NCBI GenBank assembly: GCA_029263195.1
Contig: JAJCXX010000059.1
Span: 15,166 to 79,165, forward strand
DNA from: Acidimicrobiales bacterium
GTDB taxonomy: Bacteria; Actinomycetota; Acidimicrobiia; Acidimicrobiales; Aldehydirespiratoraceae
Length of the DNA stretch: 64,000 bases
Direction of reading: 5' to 3'
A model generated the notes under the pieces. That model saw nothing but the letters and a program-made list of their open reading frames with translations. It was not told the origin of the DNA and did not search any database. The position numbers and the translations under genes were made by a program. Positions 17,776 through 26,413 of the stretch are shown piece by piece; the stretch's first letter is position 1; every line of letters begins with the position of its first letter.

Positions 17776-18633
17776 TTGGTCGACATCGACCTGACGGTTG
17801 GAGCCGAGCAACGCCGGTATCTCGTCAATGAGCTGAGATCGAGGGTTAACCGGCCCGATTCGACAAAACATTTCGGATTATATTTTGTCGCCTCGCACAG
17901 TGACTTCGCGCCGCTGGCCCGATTCGTCGAGAGATCGGTGTTCCTGAGGCAGTTCGGTAACGACGACGAGGAAATGGACCGCGAATACGGGCCCTTCGAG
18001 GCCTCCTCGTTCTTCATCCTGGCGGTTGACCATCACCAATCCGAGCCAATCGGAGCGATCCGGATCATCGAGCAATCGGTCGCCGGGTTGAAGACTCTCG
18101 CCGACATCGAGATGGAGGCGGCCTGGGGAACATCCCCCGATCAGTTCGTCTCCCAACATTGCGGAACCGACGACCCCGATCGTGTGATCGATGTGGCTAC
18201 TCTGGCCGTCAGGTCAGAGTGGAGCGCCACGGCCACGGGAATGCTCACCGCAGCAGCCCTGTACGGCGGCATATACCGAGTCACCTACGCGGTCCGATCG
18301 CGACAGGTGGTGTCGGCCCTCGACGAATCGGTCGCTGATCTGCTTCGGTCGGTCCACATACCTCTGGATCCGATCTGTGATCTCCCGGCGATCGAGTACC
18401 TGGGTTCGCCCGCCACGAGGCCCTACGTGATCCAGGTCGGCGAGGCCGAGTCGGTAATGCGCACCAATGAGACACTTCTGGGCGTGCTGATGGGCGGAAT
18501 TGTCGACAAGCAGTATTCACTTCCGCCGATCGACCTCGACAATCCCAATCCGCATCCCATCGAGATGGAACCGCAGTTCCTGGACTCCGAGCCGGCCGTG
18601 CAGCCGGCCGCCGCAAAGTCCCTGGTCGACTAG
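17776..18633 (+). CDS. hypothetical protein; LuxI/OlsB/FeeM-like N-acyltransferase fold suspected (Acetyltransf_5-like)
   Basis: The start is probably the TTG at 17776, 1 nt after the upstream stop, with an AAGGAA site 7 nt upstream. The core RSVFLRQFGNDDEEMDREYGPFEASSFFILAVDHHQSEPIGAIRIIEQS fits the autoinducer-synthase / N-acyl-amino-acid-synthase pattern R-x-V-F-…-E-x-D-x-Y-D-…-Y/F-L/I-…-I-G-x-x-R-L/I-L/I. This is a weak, recognition-only call. Confidence 0.45.
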   Translation: MVDIDLTVGAEQRRYLVNELRSRVNRPDSTKHFGLYFVASHSDFAPLARFVERSVFLRQFGNDDEEMDREYGPFEASSFFILAVDHHQSEPIGAIRIIEQSVAGLKTLADIEMEAAWGTSPDQFVSQHCGTDDPDRVIDVATLAVRSEWSATATGMLTAAALYGGIYRVTYAVRSRQVVSALDESVADLLRSVHIPLDPICDLPAIEYLGSPATRPYVIQVGEAESVMRTNETLLGVLMGGIVDKQYSLPPIDLDNPNPHPIEMEPQFLDSEPAVQPAAAKSLVD

Positions 18634-19613
18634 TCGACCCGATCCGGGTTGACCACATCGGGTTCGATATACATCGGGCGGGCCGATGGCACGACCGAGC
18701 GAACCGAGTCTTCGAGTCGATTGATAGCGCCGGCGAGTTCAGCGACGGAGTATTGGGGTGAGAACTGCACCTTGGCGGCGACCAGCAATTCGTCGGGGCC
18801 GAGATGTTGCGTGCGAAGATGGATGAGGTGCTCGACACCGTCGGTCGAGGCGATGGCCGACCTGATGAGCGCCAGGTCCTTGCGGCTGGCGCTCTCGCCG
18901 ATGAGAAGGCTCTTCATCTGAATCGCGAGCACCATAGCGATGGCGCCGAGCAGCAGCCCGATCGCCAGCGTTCCGATGCCATCGAACACGGGGGCGTCGG
19001 CAGCGACGGCAATCGTCAGAGCAACAATGGCCAGCAGCAGCCCGACCAGTGCTCCGAGATCTTCGAGAATCACGACCGGTAGCTCCGGCGATCTCGTGTC
19101 TCGAATGAACGCTGGCCAGCTTTGTCGACCCTTCAGCGGGAGAGCTTCAAGGATCGCCGTGCGAAACGAGAGCAGCTCCAGGATGACGGCCAACCCCAGC
19201 ACGACGAACGCCCAAGTCGGGCTGTCGATCTGGTGGGGATGTCGGATCTTGTCGATCCCCTCGAGAATGGCGAAGAGCGACCCGATCGAGAAGAGCACCA
19301 TCGAGACCACGAACGACCAGAAATACCTCTCGCGTGCGTACCCGAAAGGATGCTGGGCGGATGGCTCCCGCTTGGCGAGTCGTCCGCCGAGAAGAAGCAG
19401 CGCCTGATTGCCGGTGTCGGCGAAGGAGTGGATTGCTTCGGCGAGCATCGATGCCGCCCCGGTGAATGCGAACGCCAGCAACTTCGAAATGGCGATGCCG
19501 AGGTTGGCGACGAAGGCCGCCAGAATTGCCCTGGTTCCACCACTTGCACTCATCGGATCTCCGTGTCGACGACTGGTGGATGGTAGCTGCCGACTTCCAA
19601 GGCCGGCGGCCAA
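18630..19613 (-). CDS. cation diffusion facilitator (CDF) family transporter
   Basis: 327 aa with six TM helices. It has the CDF signature HSFADTGNQALLL and a C-terminal cytoplasmic domain. Confidence 0.85.
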   Translation of the reverse strand: MAAGLGSRQLPSTSRRHGDPMSASGGTRAILAAFVANLGIAISKLLAFAFTGAASMLAEAIHSFADTGNQALLLLGGRLAKREPSAQHPFGYARERYFWSFVVSMVLFSIGSLFAILEGIDKIRHPHQIDSPTWAFVVLGLAVILELLSFRTAILEALPLKGRQSWPAFIRDTRSPELPVVILEDLGALVGLLLAIVALTIAVAADAPVFDGIGTLAIGLLLGAIAMVLAIQMKSLLIGESASRKDLALIRSAIASTDGVEHLIHLRTQHLGPDELLVAAKVQFSPQYSVAELAGAINRLEDSVRSVVPSARPMYIEPDVVNPDRVD

Positions 19614-19683
19614 CCTCAGAGAGGCCCGATCGCACCCCCGACGCTATGGTCGGTCATCGAAGTCGCCGAGAGGAGCCGGTCGG

Positions 19684-20163
19684 GTGTCATCAGGTCCTGC
19701 GGTAGGGGTGCCGAGAGTCTTCTCGTCGCCAGACGAGCTATTTGATGCGGTTGGGGCCGAGCTCGGCTACAGCCAGTGGACGCTGATCGACCAGACACGC
19801 ATCGACATGTTCGCCGACGCGACTGGCGACCATCAGTGGATCCATGTCGATCCGGAGCGAGCTGCCGCCGGACCGTTTGGCGCCACGATCGCCCACGGCT
19901 ACCTGACGTTGGCGATCACCAACAAGTTCTTACCGGAGATCGTGCGAGTGGATGGCGCGTCGCTCGGGATCAACTACGGCGTCAACAAGGTTCGCTTCCC
20001 ACAGGCGGTCACGGTTGGTTCGCGAATCCGGGGTAAGGCCACGCTGACTGCATGCGATCCGATACCCGGCGGCGTGCAAACCGTGATCACGATGGTTGTC
20101 GAGATCGAGAACGAAGCCAAGCCGGCCTGCGTCAGTGAGTCGGTGAGCAGGTTCATGCATTGA
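19684..20163 (+). CDS. MaoC-like (R)-hydratase / hotdog-fold dehydratase
   Basis: The likely start is the GTG at 19684, preceded by AGGAG with an 8-nt spacer; GTG 19708 is an alternative. The motifs FADATGDHQWIHVDPERAA and FGATIAHG are characteristic of MaoC. Confidence 0.7.
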   Translation: MSSGPAVGVPRVFSSPDELFDAVGAELGYSQWTLIDQTRIDMFADATGDHQWIHVDPERAAAGPFGATIAHGYLTLAITNKFLPEIVRVDGASLGINYGVNKVRFPQAVTVGSRIRGKATLTACDPIPGGVQTVITMVVEIENEAKPACVSESVSRFMH

Positions 20164-20223
20164 CCGGGTGACGTTGTCGGCACGACGGCCATACCATTGT
20201 GTTCTGTCTGGAGGCAATGTTCG

Positions 20224-21168
20224 ATGGCCAAGCGCAAGAAGCAATCGCGGCACGCCCGAGCGGCATCGGTATCTCTGCCCCCGGTCGCGCCAGGGCTGCT
20301 GAGCCCCACTCGCCGGGTACCAGCCGAGATAGCCCGACCTCCCTACGCCCTGACCGGCGAACCGGGCCCTTCCGTCTCATCGCTCATTCGTACCCCCGAC
20401 GAAATCGGTGCCATGCGAAGGGCCGGGCGCGTGGCCGCCGAGGTGCTTCTCGAGGCCGCCGGAAAGGTGGGAGTTGGCGTGACCTCCGACGAGATCGACC
20501 GAATCGTCCACGACGAGACCGTGGCCAAGGGCGCATATCCGAGCCCTCTCAACTACCGCGGCTATCCCAAGAGCGTCTGCACCTCGGTCAACGAGGTCAT
20601 TTGCCACGGGATTCCCGATAGTCGGCCACTGGCCGACGGCGACATCGTCAACATCGACGTCACGGTCTACATCGACGGCGTCCACGGCGACACGTCCGCC
20701 ACATTTCTCATCGGCGATGTCGACGATTCTTCGGTTCGGCTGGTGGCCCAGACCCGAACCGCGCTCGAATTGGCCATCGCCGCGCTGACTCCCGGCTGCC
20801 CGGTAAGCGAGATCGGGCGAGTCATCGAGGCCCATGCCGTGAAGCACCAATTGGGAGTGGTGAGGGAGTTCATCGGCCACGGGATCGGAACCGAGTTCCA
20901 CAGCAATCTTCAAGTGGCTCACTACTACGACCGCCGACACCGGGCTCCGCTCGAAATCGGAACCACGTTCACCATCGAGCCGATGCTCACCCTCGGTTCG
21001 CCCGAAGCGGCATTGTGGGACGACAACTGGACCGCCGTCACCGCGGATGGTCGCCGAACCGCTCAATTCGAACACACGCTGTTGATGGGGGAGGGCGGCG
21101 CCGAGAAGCTCACAGTCACCGCGGCAGGCGAGTGCGCCCACCAGATTTCGCTGGAGTCTGTCGCCTGA
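20224..21168 (+). CDS. map: type Ic methionine aminopeptidase with N-terminal extension
   Basis: The ATG at 20224 is preceded by GGAGG. It carries a roughly 40-aa Pro-rich extension followed by the MetAP core, including ICHGIP, DIVNIDVT and the metal ligands. This is the actinobacterial MapB-like architecture. Confidence 0.85.
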   Translation: MAKRKKQSRHARAASVSLPPVAPGLLSPTRRVPAEIARPPYALTGEPGPSVSSLIRTPDEIGAMRRAGRVAAEVLLEAAGKVGVGVTSDEIDRIVHDETVAKGAYPSPLNYRGYPKSVCTSVNEVICHGIPDSRPLADGDIVNIDVTVYIDGVHGDTSATFLIGDVDDSSVRLVAQTRTALELAIAALTPGCPVSEIGRVIEAHAVKHQLGVVREFIGHGIGTEFHSNLQVAHYYDRRHRAPLEIGTTFTIEPMLTLGSPEAALWDDNWTAVTADGRRTAQFEHTLLMGEGGAEKLTVTAAGECAHQISLESVA

Positions 21169-21197
21169 CCACGGTCAAATCGTCGGAGTGAACTACC

Positions 21198-21641
21198 GTG
21201 GCGTCTTCAACCACACGACGGGACCGAAAAATGGCATCACTCGACACCATCGAGGGCATCGGACCGCGATACCGCAAGTGGCTGGCGCGCTGCGGCGTCC
21301 AGACCACAGGGGGGCTGCTCAAAGCCGGCGCTTCCAAGAAGGGCCGCAAGGGTCTCGCTGCGGAGTCGGGTTGCACCGAAAAGCAGATCCTGGGATGGGT
21401 CAACCGGGCCGATCTGATGAGGGTCCGGGGGGTGGGCGAAGAATACAGCGACCTTCTCGAGGCGTCGGGTGTCGACACCGTGAAGGAACTCCGCAAGCGC
21501 AAGCCGGCCAACCTCCACGCCAAGATGCTCGCGGTGAATTCCGCCAAGCGAAAGGCTCTCGTGAGGCGGCCTCCGTCGCTCGGTGAGGTCGAACGCTGGG
21601 TGGCCCACGCCGGCGAACTCGATCCAGTGGTCACCCACTGA
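21198..21641 (+). CDS. DUF4332 domain protein (HhH-like)
   Basis: 147 aa with a GTG start; M12 at 21231 is an alternative start. LDTIEGIGPRYRKWLARCGVQT, followed by a second HhH-like repeat, is typical of DUF4332. Confidence 0.6.
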   Translation: MASSTTRRDRKMASLDTIEGIGPRYRKWLARCGVQTTGGLLKAGASKKGRKGLAAESGCTEKQILGWVNRADLMRVRGVGEEYSDLLEASGVDTVKELRKRKPANLHAKMLAVNSAKRKALVRRPPSLGEVERWVAHAGELDPVVTH

Positions 21642-21664
21642 TACTCGAGGGGATGCGAGGGCTG

Positions 21665-23116
21665 TCAGCCCACCACTGAGAACTCCACCTTCCGTGCCTG
21701 GCGATCGACGGCGTCGAGCCTGATTTCGATCTCGGCACCGAGATCCAATCCCTTGGACGGGATCTTGCACACCACCGCCGGCTCCGTCAACTGAACGCGT
21801 CCACGGTTTCGTCGCGTGTCGATATCGGTGACCACAGCGTTGAAGATTTCGCCGATTCGTGGTTCGAGTGTCACGGCCTCGACGAAGTCGAATACCGCTC
21901 GTTCGAGAGTGCGGTCTCGTTGCTTCGCTGCGGTCATGAGCGCGGGCATCTCGTCGAGCGCTTCCGACGCCCATTCGGGAACGGCTCGCCCGGCGCAGGT
22001 GGCAACCAGCACCTCGTTGGCGAATCGGTCGCACAGCCGACGAAGCGGAGCTGTCACATGGCTGTAGGTGGACGCGATCGCGGAGTGTTCCTGTTGTTCG
22101 GGAGCCATGTGGTCGTGGAATGCCACGTATCCGGCACCTCGGAGCCCGCGGGCCGCTTGGTTGAGCATGGCCGAGTTGGCCGGGGTGTCGGGCCGAAGCT
22201 CTCTGATCCTGTCGGCGTAGCTCATCTGGTCGGGCCATTCGAGACCGAGTGCTCGCGCTGTGCGTCGCAGACGCGAGACAGTTCGAACGTCGGGCTCGGG
22301 AAGCGTGCGGAGCAGGCCCTCACCGTTGTCGAGCATGATCCGGCTGGCCGCGATTCCAGTCAGGAGCGAGATCTGGGCGTTCCATTCCTCGATGGGGATG
22401 CTCTCGTCGTACTCGAGCCGATAACAGCCATCGGAATTCTCGACGACCTCCTGAGAGGGCAGGGCGAGACTGACTCCGCCGCGGGCTTTCTCGCGGAGGA
22501 TTCGTAGTAGTCCGATCTCTCCGAGTAGAGCGAGAGGTTCATCGGCCTCGGCGGCTGCGGCCATCTGCTGTGCCTGTTGGTAGGTGAGCTGGGCGCGGTT
22601 GCGGATCATGGCTCGCTCGATGTGGGCATCGATGATGATCCCGTCCGGGTCGAGATCGATCGACCAGAGAAGGGCCTGACGATCGGCCCCTTCGAGGAGG
22701 CTGCCGGCGTTTTCGTTGATCCTCGGGGGGTGAAGAGATGTGCGTCGGTCGGGGCTGTATAGGGTCAGCCCACGGGACCTGGCCTCCTCATCGACGAGAC
22801 CTCCCGGGGGTACGAGCGCTGCGACATCGGCGATGGCATAGGAGACCCGGTAGCCCCGCTTCGTGCGTCGGGCCGAGAATGCCTGATCGAGATCCATAGA
22901 GCCAGGAGGGTCGATCGCCACGAACGGGATGTCACGAGCATCTCGGATGTCGTTGCCGGCGCCAGGGGGAGCCTGGGGGCCTCTCGCTGCCGATTCCTCG
23001 GCCGCCGCGAGAACCTCATCGGAGAACACCTCGGGGATTTCTAGTTCGGATCTGAGCTGCTTGAACCCCTCGATCATTCTCGGATCGGGCGGACAACGGA
23101 CGAATCTGGATGGCAC
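21665..23116 (-). CDS. RNB-domain exoribonuclease (RNase II/R family)
   Basis: 483 aa with the RNB catalytic region (…HVTAPLRRLCDRF…) and an S1-like C-terminus. Confidence 0.75.
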   Translation of the reverse strand: MPSRFVRCPPDPRMIEGFKQLRSELEIPEVFSDEVLAAAEESAARGPQAPPGAGNDIRDARDIPFVAIDPPGSMDLDQAFSARRTKRGYRVSYAIADVAALVPPGGLVDEEARSRGLTLYSPDRRTSLHPPRINENAGSLLEGADRQALLWSIDLDPDGIIIDAHIERAMIRNRAQLTYQQAQQMAAAAEADEPLALLGEIGLLRILREKARGGVSLALPSQEVVENSDGCYRLEYDESIPIEEWNAQISLLTGIAASRIMLDNGEGLLRTLPEPDVRTVSRLRRTARALGLEWPDQMSYADRIRELRPDTPANSAMLNQAARGLRGAGYVAFHDHMAPEQQEHSAIASTYSHVTAPLRRLCDRFANEVLVATCAGRAVPEWASEALDEMPALMTAAKQRDRTLERAVFDFVEAVTLEPRIGEIFNAVVTDIDTRRNRGRVQLTEPAVVCKIPSKGLDLGAEIEIRLDAVDRQARKVEFSVVG

Positions 23117-23158
23117 GGGCGAAAACCTAGCCGTATGGGCACGGCTGCGTTGTCCAGC

Positions 23159-24667
23159 TCAGCCCGGCGTGGCCGAATCCTCGCGAGGCAGCTCTATCCA
23201 GGTACGACCCGGGAGAATTGCGATCGGTCGGCCCTCACCGTCGATGTATTCCGTCTGGTCGGGGACCCCGGCCCGCCGCCAGAATGCCTCGATCATCTGG
23301 CCATCGGTGAGTATCCATGCGGTTCCCGAACCGACGGAGATCGCTTCGGGTGATCTCGCGTCGGCCGCCGACACGCCGTAGCCGACGAACTGCACGATGA
23401 CGGTTGTCGGAGCCGTTCGGGTGCCGGATGTGTCGACGGTGGCGGAGCCATCCTGGGTGCGATCCCACCCGTTGCCGTTCCAGGCGTATTCGACGCGCGA
23501 CCGCGGGTAGTTGATCGTGATTCCGCCAACGGGCTGTGCCGACGCGTTGATAGCCTCGCCGGCTGTTCGGAAGGTGAACATGGGTGATGGTGTGGCCGTC
23601 GCAAGCTCTGCGCCGATTGCCCAGAGGTTGAATGCATTGGTGAAGAGGTTGTGAGGGGCACGTCTACCGCTGTCGCGGTAGTACCCCTCCGGGGATGACG
23701 AGGCTCCGACATCGATGAGGGTCGAATCGGCAAGAGCGGCGCGAGAGCCTCGGTTTCCGCCGGAGTTCGCGAAGAGCGGTGAGTTGAATTGGGCCAACAG
23801 GTCGAAGTCCCCGGTTCGCATCGATCGAACCGGCCCGACCACCTCGGCGCCAGTGGAGTGGAAGACCGCCGCGAGGCGGGTGAGCCCCCCCTCGACCTCC
23901 TCCACGAACACGATGTCGGCGTCGTTGATCCCGGATTGCGGACGGGCGGTGGTCACGTTGTCGATCTTTACTGCGAGCGCCGGCCTTCTGGGGTCGTCGA
24001 ACGTCGTCAACCCGGTCAGGACGGAGCGATTTTCAAGCGATTTGAGCACGTCGATTCGTCGCCGGACGTCGTCGAGCTCGAGAGCCAGGGTGGTGCGGGC
24101 CTCGCCCAAGGAGTTGAGGGCGTCGACGGCATCGGAGTGCTGCGTGACCGCGCTCGTCAGTCGGTCTCGATCAACGGTGAGTTCGTCCTGGAGCGAACGC
24201 AACTCGGAGTCGATCTCATCGAGGCGCCTTTGGGTGTCCTCGATGACCGCGCCGTAGAACTCCCGGCGTCGGTCGGGGGTGTCGTCGCCTTGGAGAGTCT
24301 GGATTTCGGTCAGCAAGGCGTTGCCCCGCGGATCACCGGCGGTGTAGCCGGCCAAGGCGATCTCGACCCTGGTGCTAGCGGGCTCGCGGCGGGAATCGAC
24401 GGTTCGCTCGATCAGGTCTCCGGTGAGCTCGATCTCGACCTCGCGGCGGTTGATGAGTTGGACCAGCTCTTCGATGCCGAAGTTGGCATCAAGTATCTCG
24501 ACGTCGAATTGGGCCAACTCGTTGATGATCTGATCTCGGCGGGATTCGAGTTGGGAAATCTCGCCCGGATCGACCTGGCCCGCGGCCGGCTGCGCTACCG
24601 CCACCGCTGCGATTGCACAGACGGCGAGGGTGGCAACCTTGGATCGGAAGAATCGGTTCATGCTCAA
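23159..24667 (-). CDS. secreted coiled-coil / DUF3048 domain protein
   Basis: 502 aa with a TTG start; the ATG at M3 (24661) is an alternative. It has a signal peptide and a roughly 200-aa heptad-rich region. The C-terminal domain (PALAVKIDNVTTARPQSGINDADIVFVEEVEGGLTRLAAVFHS) matches DUF3048. Confidence 0.65.
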   Translation of the reverse strand: MSMNRFFRSKVATLAVCAIAAVAVAQPAAGQVDPGEISQLESRRDQIINELAQFDVEILDANFGIEELVQLINRREVEIELTGDLIERTVDSRREPASTRVEIALAGYTAGDPRGNALLTEIQTLQGDDTPDRRREFYGAVIEDTQRRLDEIDSELRSLQDELTVDRDRLTSAVTQHSDAVDALNSLGEARTTLALELDDVRRRIDVLKSLENRSVLTGLTTFDDPRRPALAVKIDNVTTARPQSGINDADIVFVEEVEGGLTRLAAVFHSTGAEVVGPVRSMRTGDFDLLAQFNSPLFANSGGNRGSRAALADSTLIDVGASSSPEGYYRDSGRRAPHNLFTNAFNLWAIGAELATATPSPMFTFRTAGEAINASAQPVGGITINYPRSRVEYAWNGNGWDRTQDGSATVDTSGTRTAPTTVIVQFVGYGVSAADARSPEAISVGSGTAWILTDGQMIEAFWRRAGVPDQTEYIDGEGRPIAILPGRTWIELPREDSATPG

Positions 24668-24750
24668 TCTGTGGCCTCACGCCGCCCGCGCCCGATCACC
24701 GTAACGTGCGGGGCCGTCGCTCGGACGTCGCGTGCGACTACCGTCGGAGC

Positions 24751-25245
24751 GTGGCCACCGAGCAGGAAGTGATCAGGTTCAGTCGGACCGATGTCGGAGC
24801 TGTGGCCGCGGCTATGCGCTCCATGTCCGGTGGGAGCGAACCGGGCGGCTGGATCAACATCGGTCCTTGGCTCCCCGACGACGTAATGCTCGACGTTCCG
24901 GTGCGCTCGGGCCTGGGGGCGTGGTTCTCGGGTCGAGGACCCCAGGTGCCGATGGCCACGTGGATTGCCGGCTCCAGCGGCAAGAAGAAGCCGGTGCCCG
25001 CTCAGATTGGGATCGAGCATGGCACCGGACCCGATGCGCTGAAGCGTCTCGGCGAGCGCGGACACGATCTGCCCGACGGTTGGGTTCCCCGACAGGATCA
25101 TGCCAAGCATGGCATCGTGGCGGAGTTGCCGGACGATGTGGTGCCGGCCGATGTGGTCTTGTGGCTCATGGTGGCAACAGCGGCTCTGTGTCAAATCGTT
25201 GATCCGGGCGATCGTTGGCGGGCAGTGGTACACCGTTCGACCTGA
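24751..25245 (+). CDS. hypothetical protein
   Basis: The ORF is protein-like in composition (not Arg/Pro-biased) with high third-position GC. The start is uncertain (GTG 24751 or 24769, or ATG 24811). I recognise no domain. The opposite-strand ORF is Arg-rich and looks spurious. Confidence 0.3.
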   Translation: MATEQEVIRFSRTDVGAVAAAMRSMSGGSEPGGWINIGPWLPDDVMLDVPVRSGLGAWFSGRGPQVPMATWIAGSSGKKKPVPAQIGIEHGTGPDALKRLGERGHDLPDGWVPRQDHAKHGIVAELPDDVVPADVVLWLMVATAALCQIVDPGDRWRAVVHRST

Positions 25246-25254
25246 GCCTTGTGG

Positions 25255-25704
25255 TCAGTCGATCGTGAGTTCGACGATGAACTTGGTGATATCGGCAGGT
25301 TCGTGGCCGTCGCTGAACCCGATCGTGACGGACTGATCGACGGAGACGGCGACCATCCCGGCGTTCCCCAGCCAGGCATGAATGAAGTCATCGGGGTCGT
25401 CGCTGTTGCGCCAGGCGTTCCACACTCGTAGTTGTCCCCCGTCCGGACACACGATGTCGACCTCCTCAGGACTGTTGTCCGACCAGATGATGAACCGTCT
25501 GGCGCTGATGTCGCCGACTCGCATCTCAGCGTCGGAGTCGATGACGATTGCCTGGGGTCGTGGTGCGGTGGAGCGTTTGCGAACGACCTTCACGGTGGAG
25601 TTCGCCGCGACCTCGGTACGCCAGATGGACCTGATCTCGGTCGTGCCGTCGAGGATCGACTCCGACTGCTGTTCGGCGAACCCCTCGGCCCAGGAATCGG
25701 TCAT
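25255..25704 (-). CDS. hypothetical protein
   Basis: 149 aa and acidic. Its start overlaps the upstream membrane-protein stop by 4 nt, consistent with an operon. I recognise no domain. Confidence 0.4.
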   Translation of the reverse strand: MTDSWAEGFAEQQSESILDGTTEIRSIWRTEVAANSTVKVVRKRSTAPRPQAIVIDSDAEMRVGDISARRFIIWSDNSPEEVDIVCPDGGQLRVWNAWRNSDDPDDFIHAWLGNAGMVAVSVDQSVTIGFSDGHEPADITKFIVELTID

Positions 25705-26405
25705 GTCGGAACAGTCCGGAACGGATCGATTGCGACATCGGACCAGTAGGGGCGGCCGACTTCAACGTCGACCTTTGCGGTCTCGACCTTGCCGCTCAGA
25801 GGGTTGAATCGCCGCGGGGGCTTTCCGGCCGCCATTCTCGTGGCATTTGCGGCGCCCCAGCCGACTCTCTTGGAGTGGTTCTTCCAAACACGCGATCGCA
25901 CGGTGGCAGCCGGTGGTCGCGCCCTGTTTCGGGTGGCAACAAGAACGTCGTCGCCTCGTTTCCATCGCGTTGGCGGCGGCTTTTCGACCGGGACCGCCAC
26001 CTCTGCTGCGGGTTCGAACGGTGGCGCTGATTCGGGATCTTCAAATTCGGCTTCGAGCAGCACTGGCTCGAACTCGAGGTCGGGAAGACGGCGAGCGGCG
26101 TGATATGGATCGGTGATCAGTTCCGAATCGGCTTCGATGGAACGCAACTCACGCTGCTGGTTCCAGGTGAGGCGAAGGCTCGATTGGCCGTACTTGTCGC
26201 GAAGAGTGGCTCGGATCGCGGCATCGCCTTCGGCTCTTTGCCGGAGTCGTTCGGCTTGCCTACTTCGGTGGCTCCCCAGCCGGCGCCGGCCGGTCGGCCT
26301 GAACGAACCCCGGCTGGGATTGCCCAGCCAGTCGAGAATGATCCACACCGCGCCCGCTCCGGCCCACACCGCCACGAAGAGGAATATTACGCTCCTGCCC
26401 CACAT
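25701..26405 (-). CDS. hypothetical single-pass membrane protein
   Basis: The plausible start is M81 of the track ORF (26405), directly preceding the TM helix VIFLFVAVWAGAGAVWIIL. It lies 8 nt downstream of the nucleoside hydrolase stop. The rest is charged or low-complexity. Confidence 0.45.
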   Translation of the reverse strand: MWGRSVIFLFVAVWAGAGAVWIILDWLGNPSRGSFRPTGRRRLGSHRSRQAERLRQRAEGDAAIRATLRDKYGQSSLRLTWNQQRELRSIEADSELITDPYHAARRLPDLEFEPVLLEAEFEDPESAPPFEPAAEVAVPVEKPPPTRWKRGDDVLVATRNRARPPAATVRSRVWKNHSKRVGWGAANATRMAAGKPPRRFNPLSGKVETAKVDVEVGRPYWSDVAIDPFRTVPT

Positions 26406-26413
26406 GAGCGTCG

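Noticed and set aside
21642-21668. Short GC hairpin (gggctg-t-cagccc) between convergent DUF4332 and RNase II-family genes as a terminator
   Set aside because: The stem is only about 5-6 bp, the loop is tiny, and it partly overlaps the RNase gene stop. That is too weak to call.
24664-25233. Minus-strand 189-aa ORF antisense to the hypothetical gene at 24751-25245
   Set aside because: Arg/His-rich shadow frame. The plus-strand frame has a much more protein-like composition.
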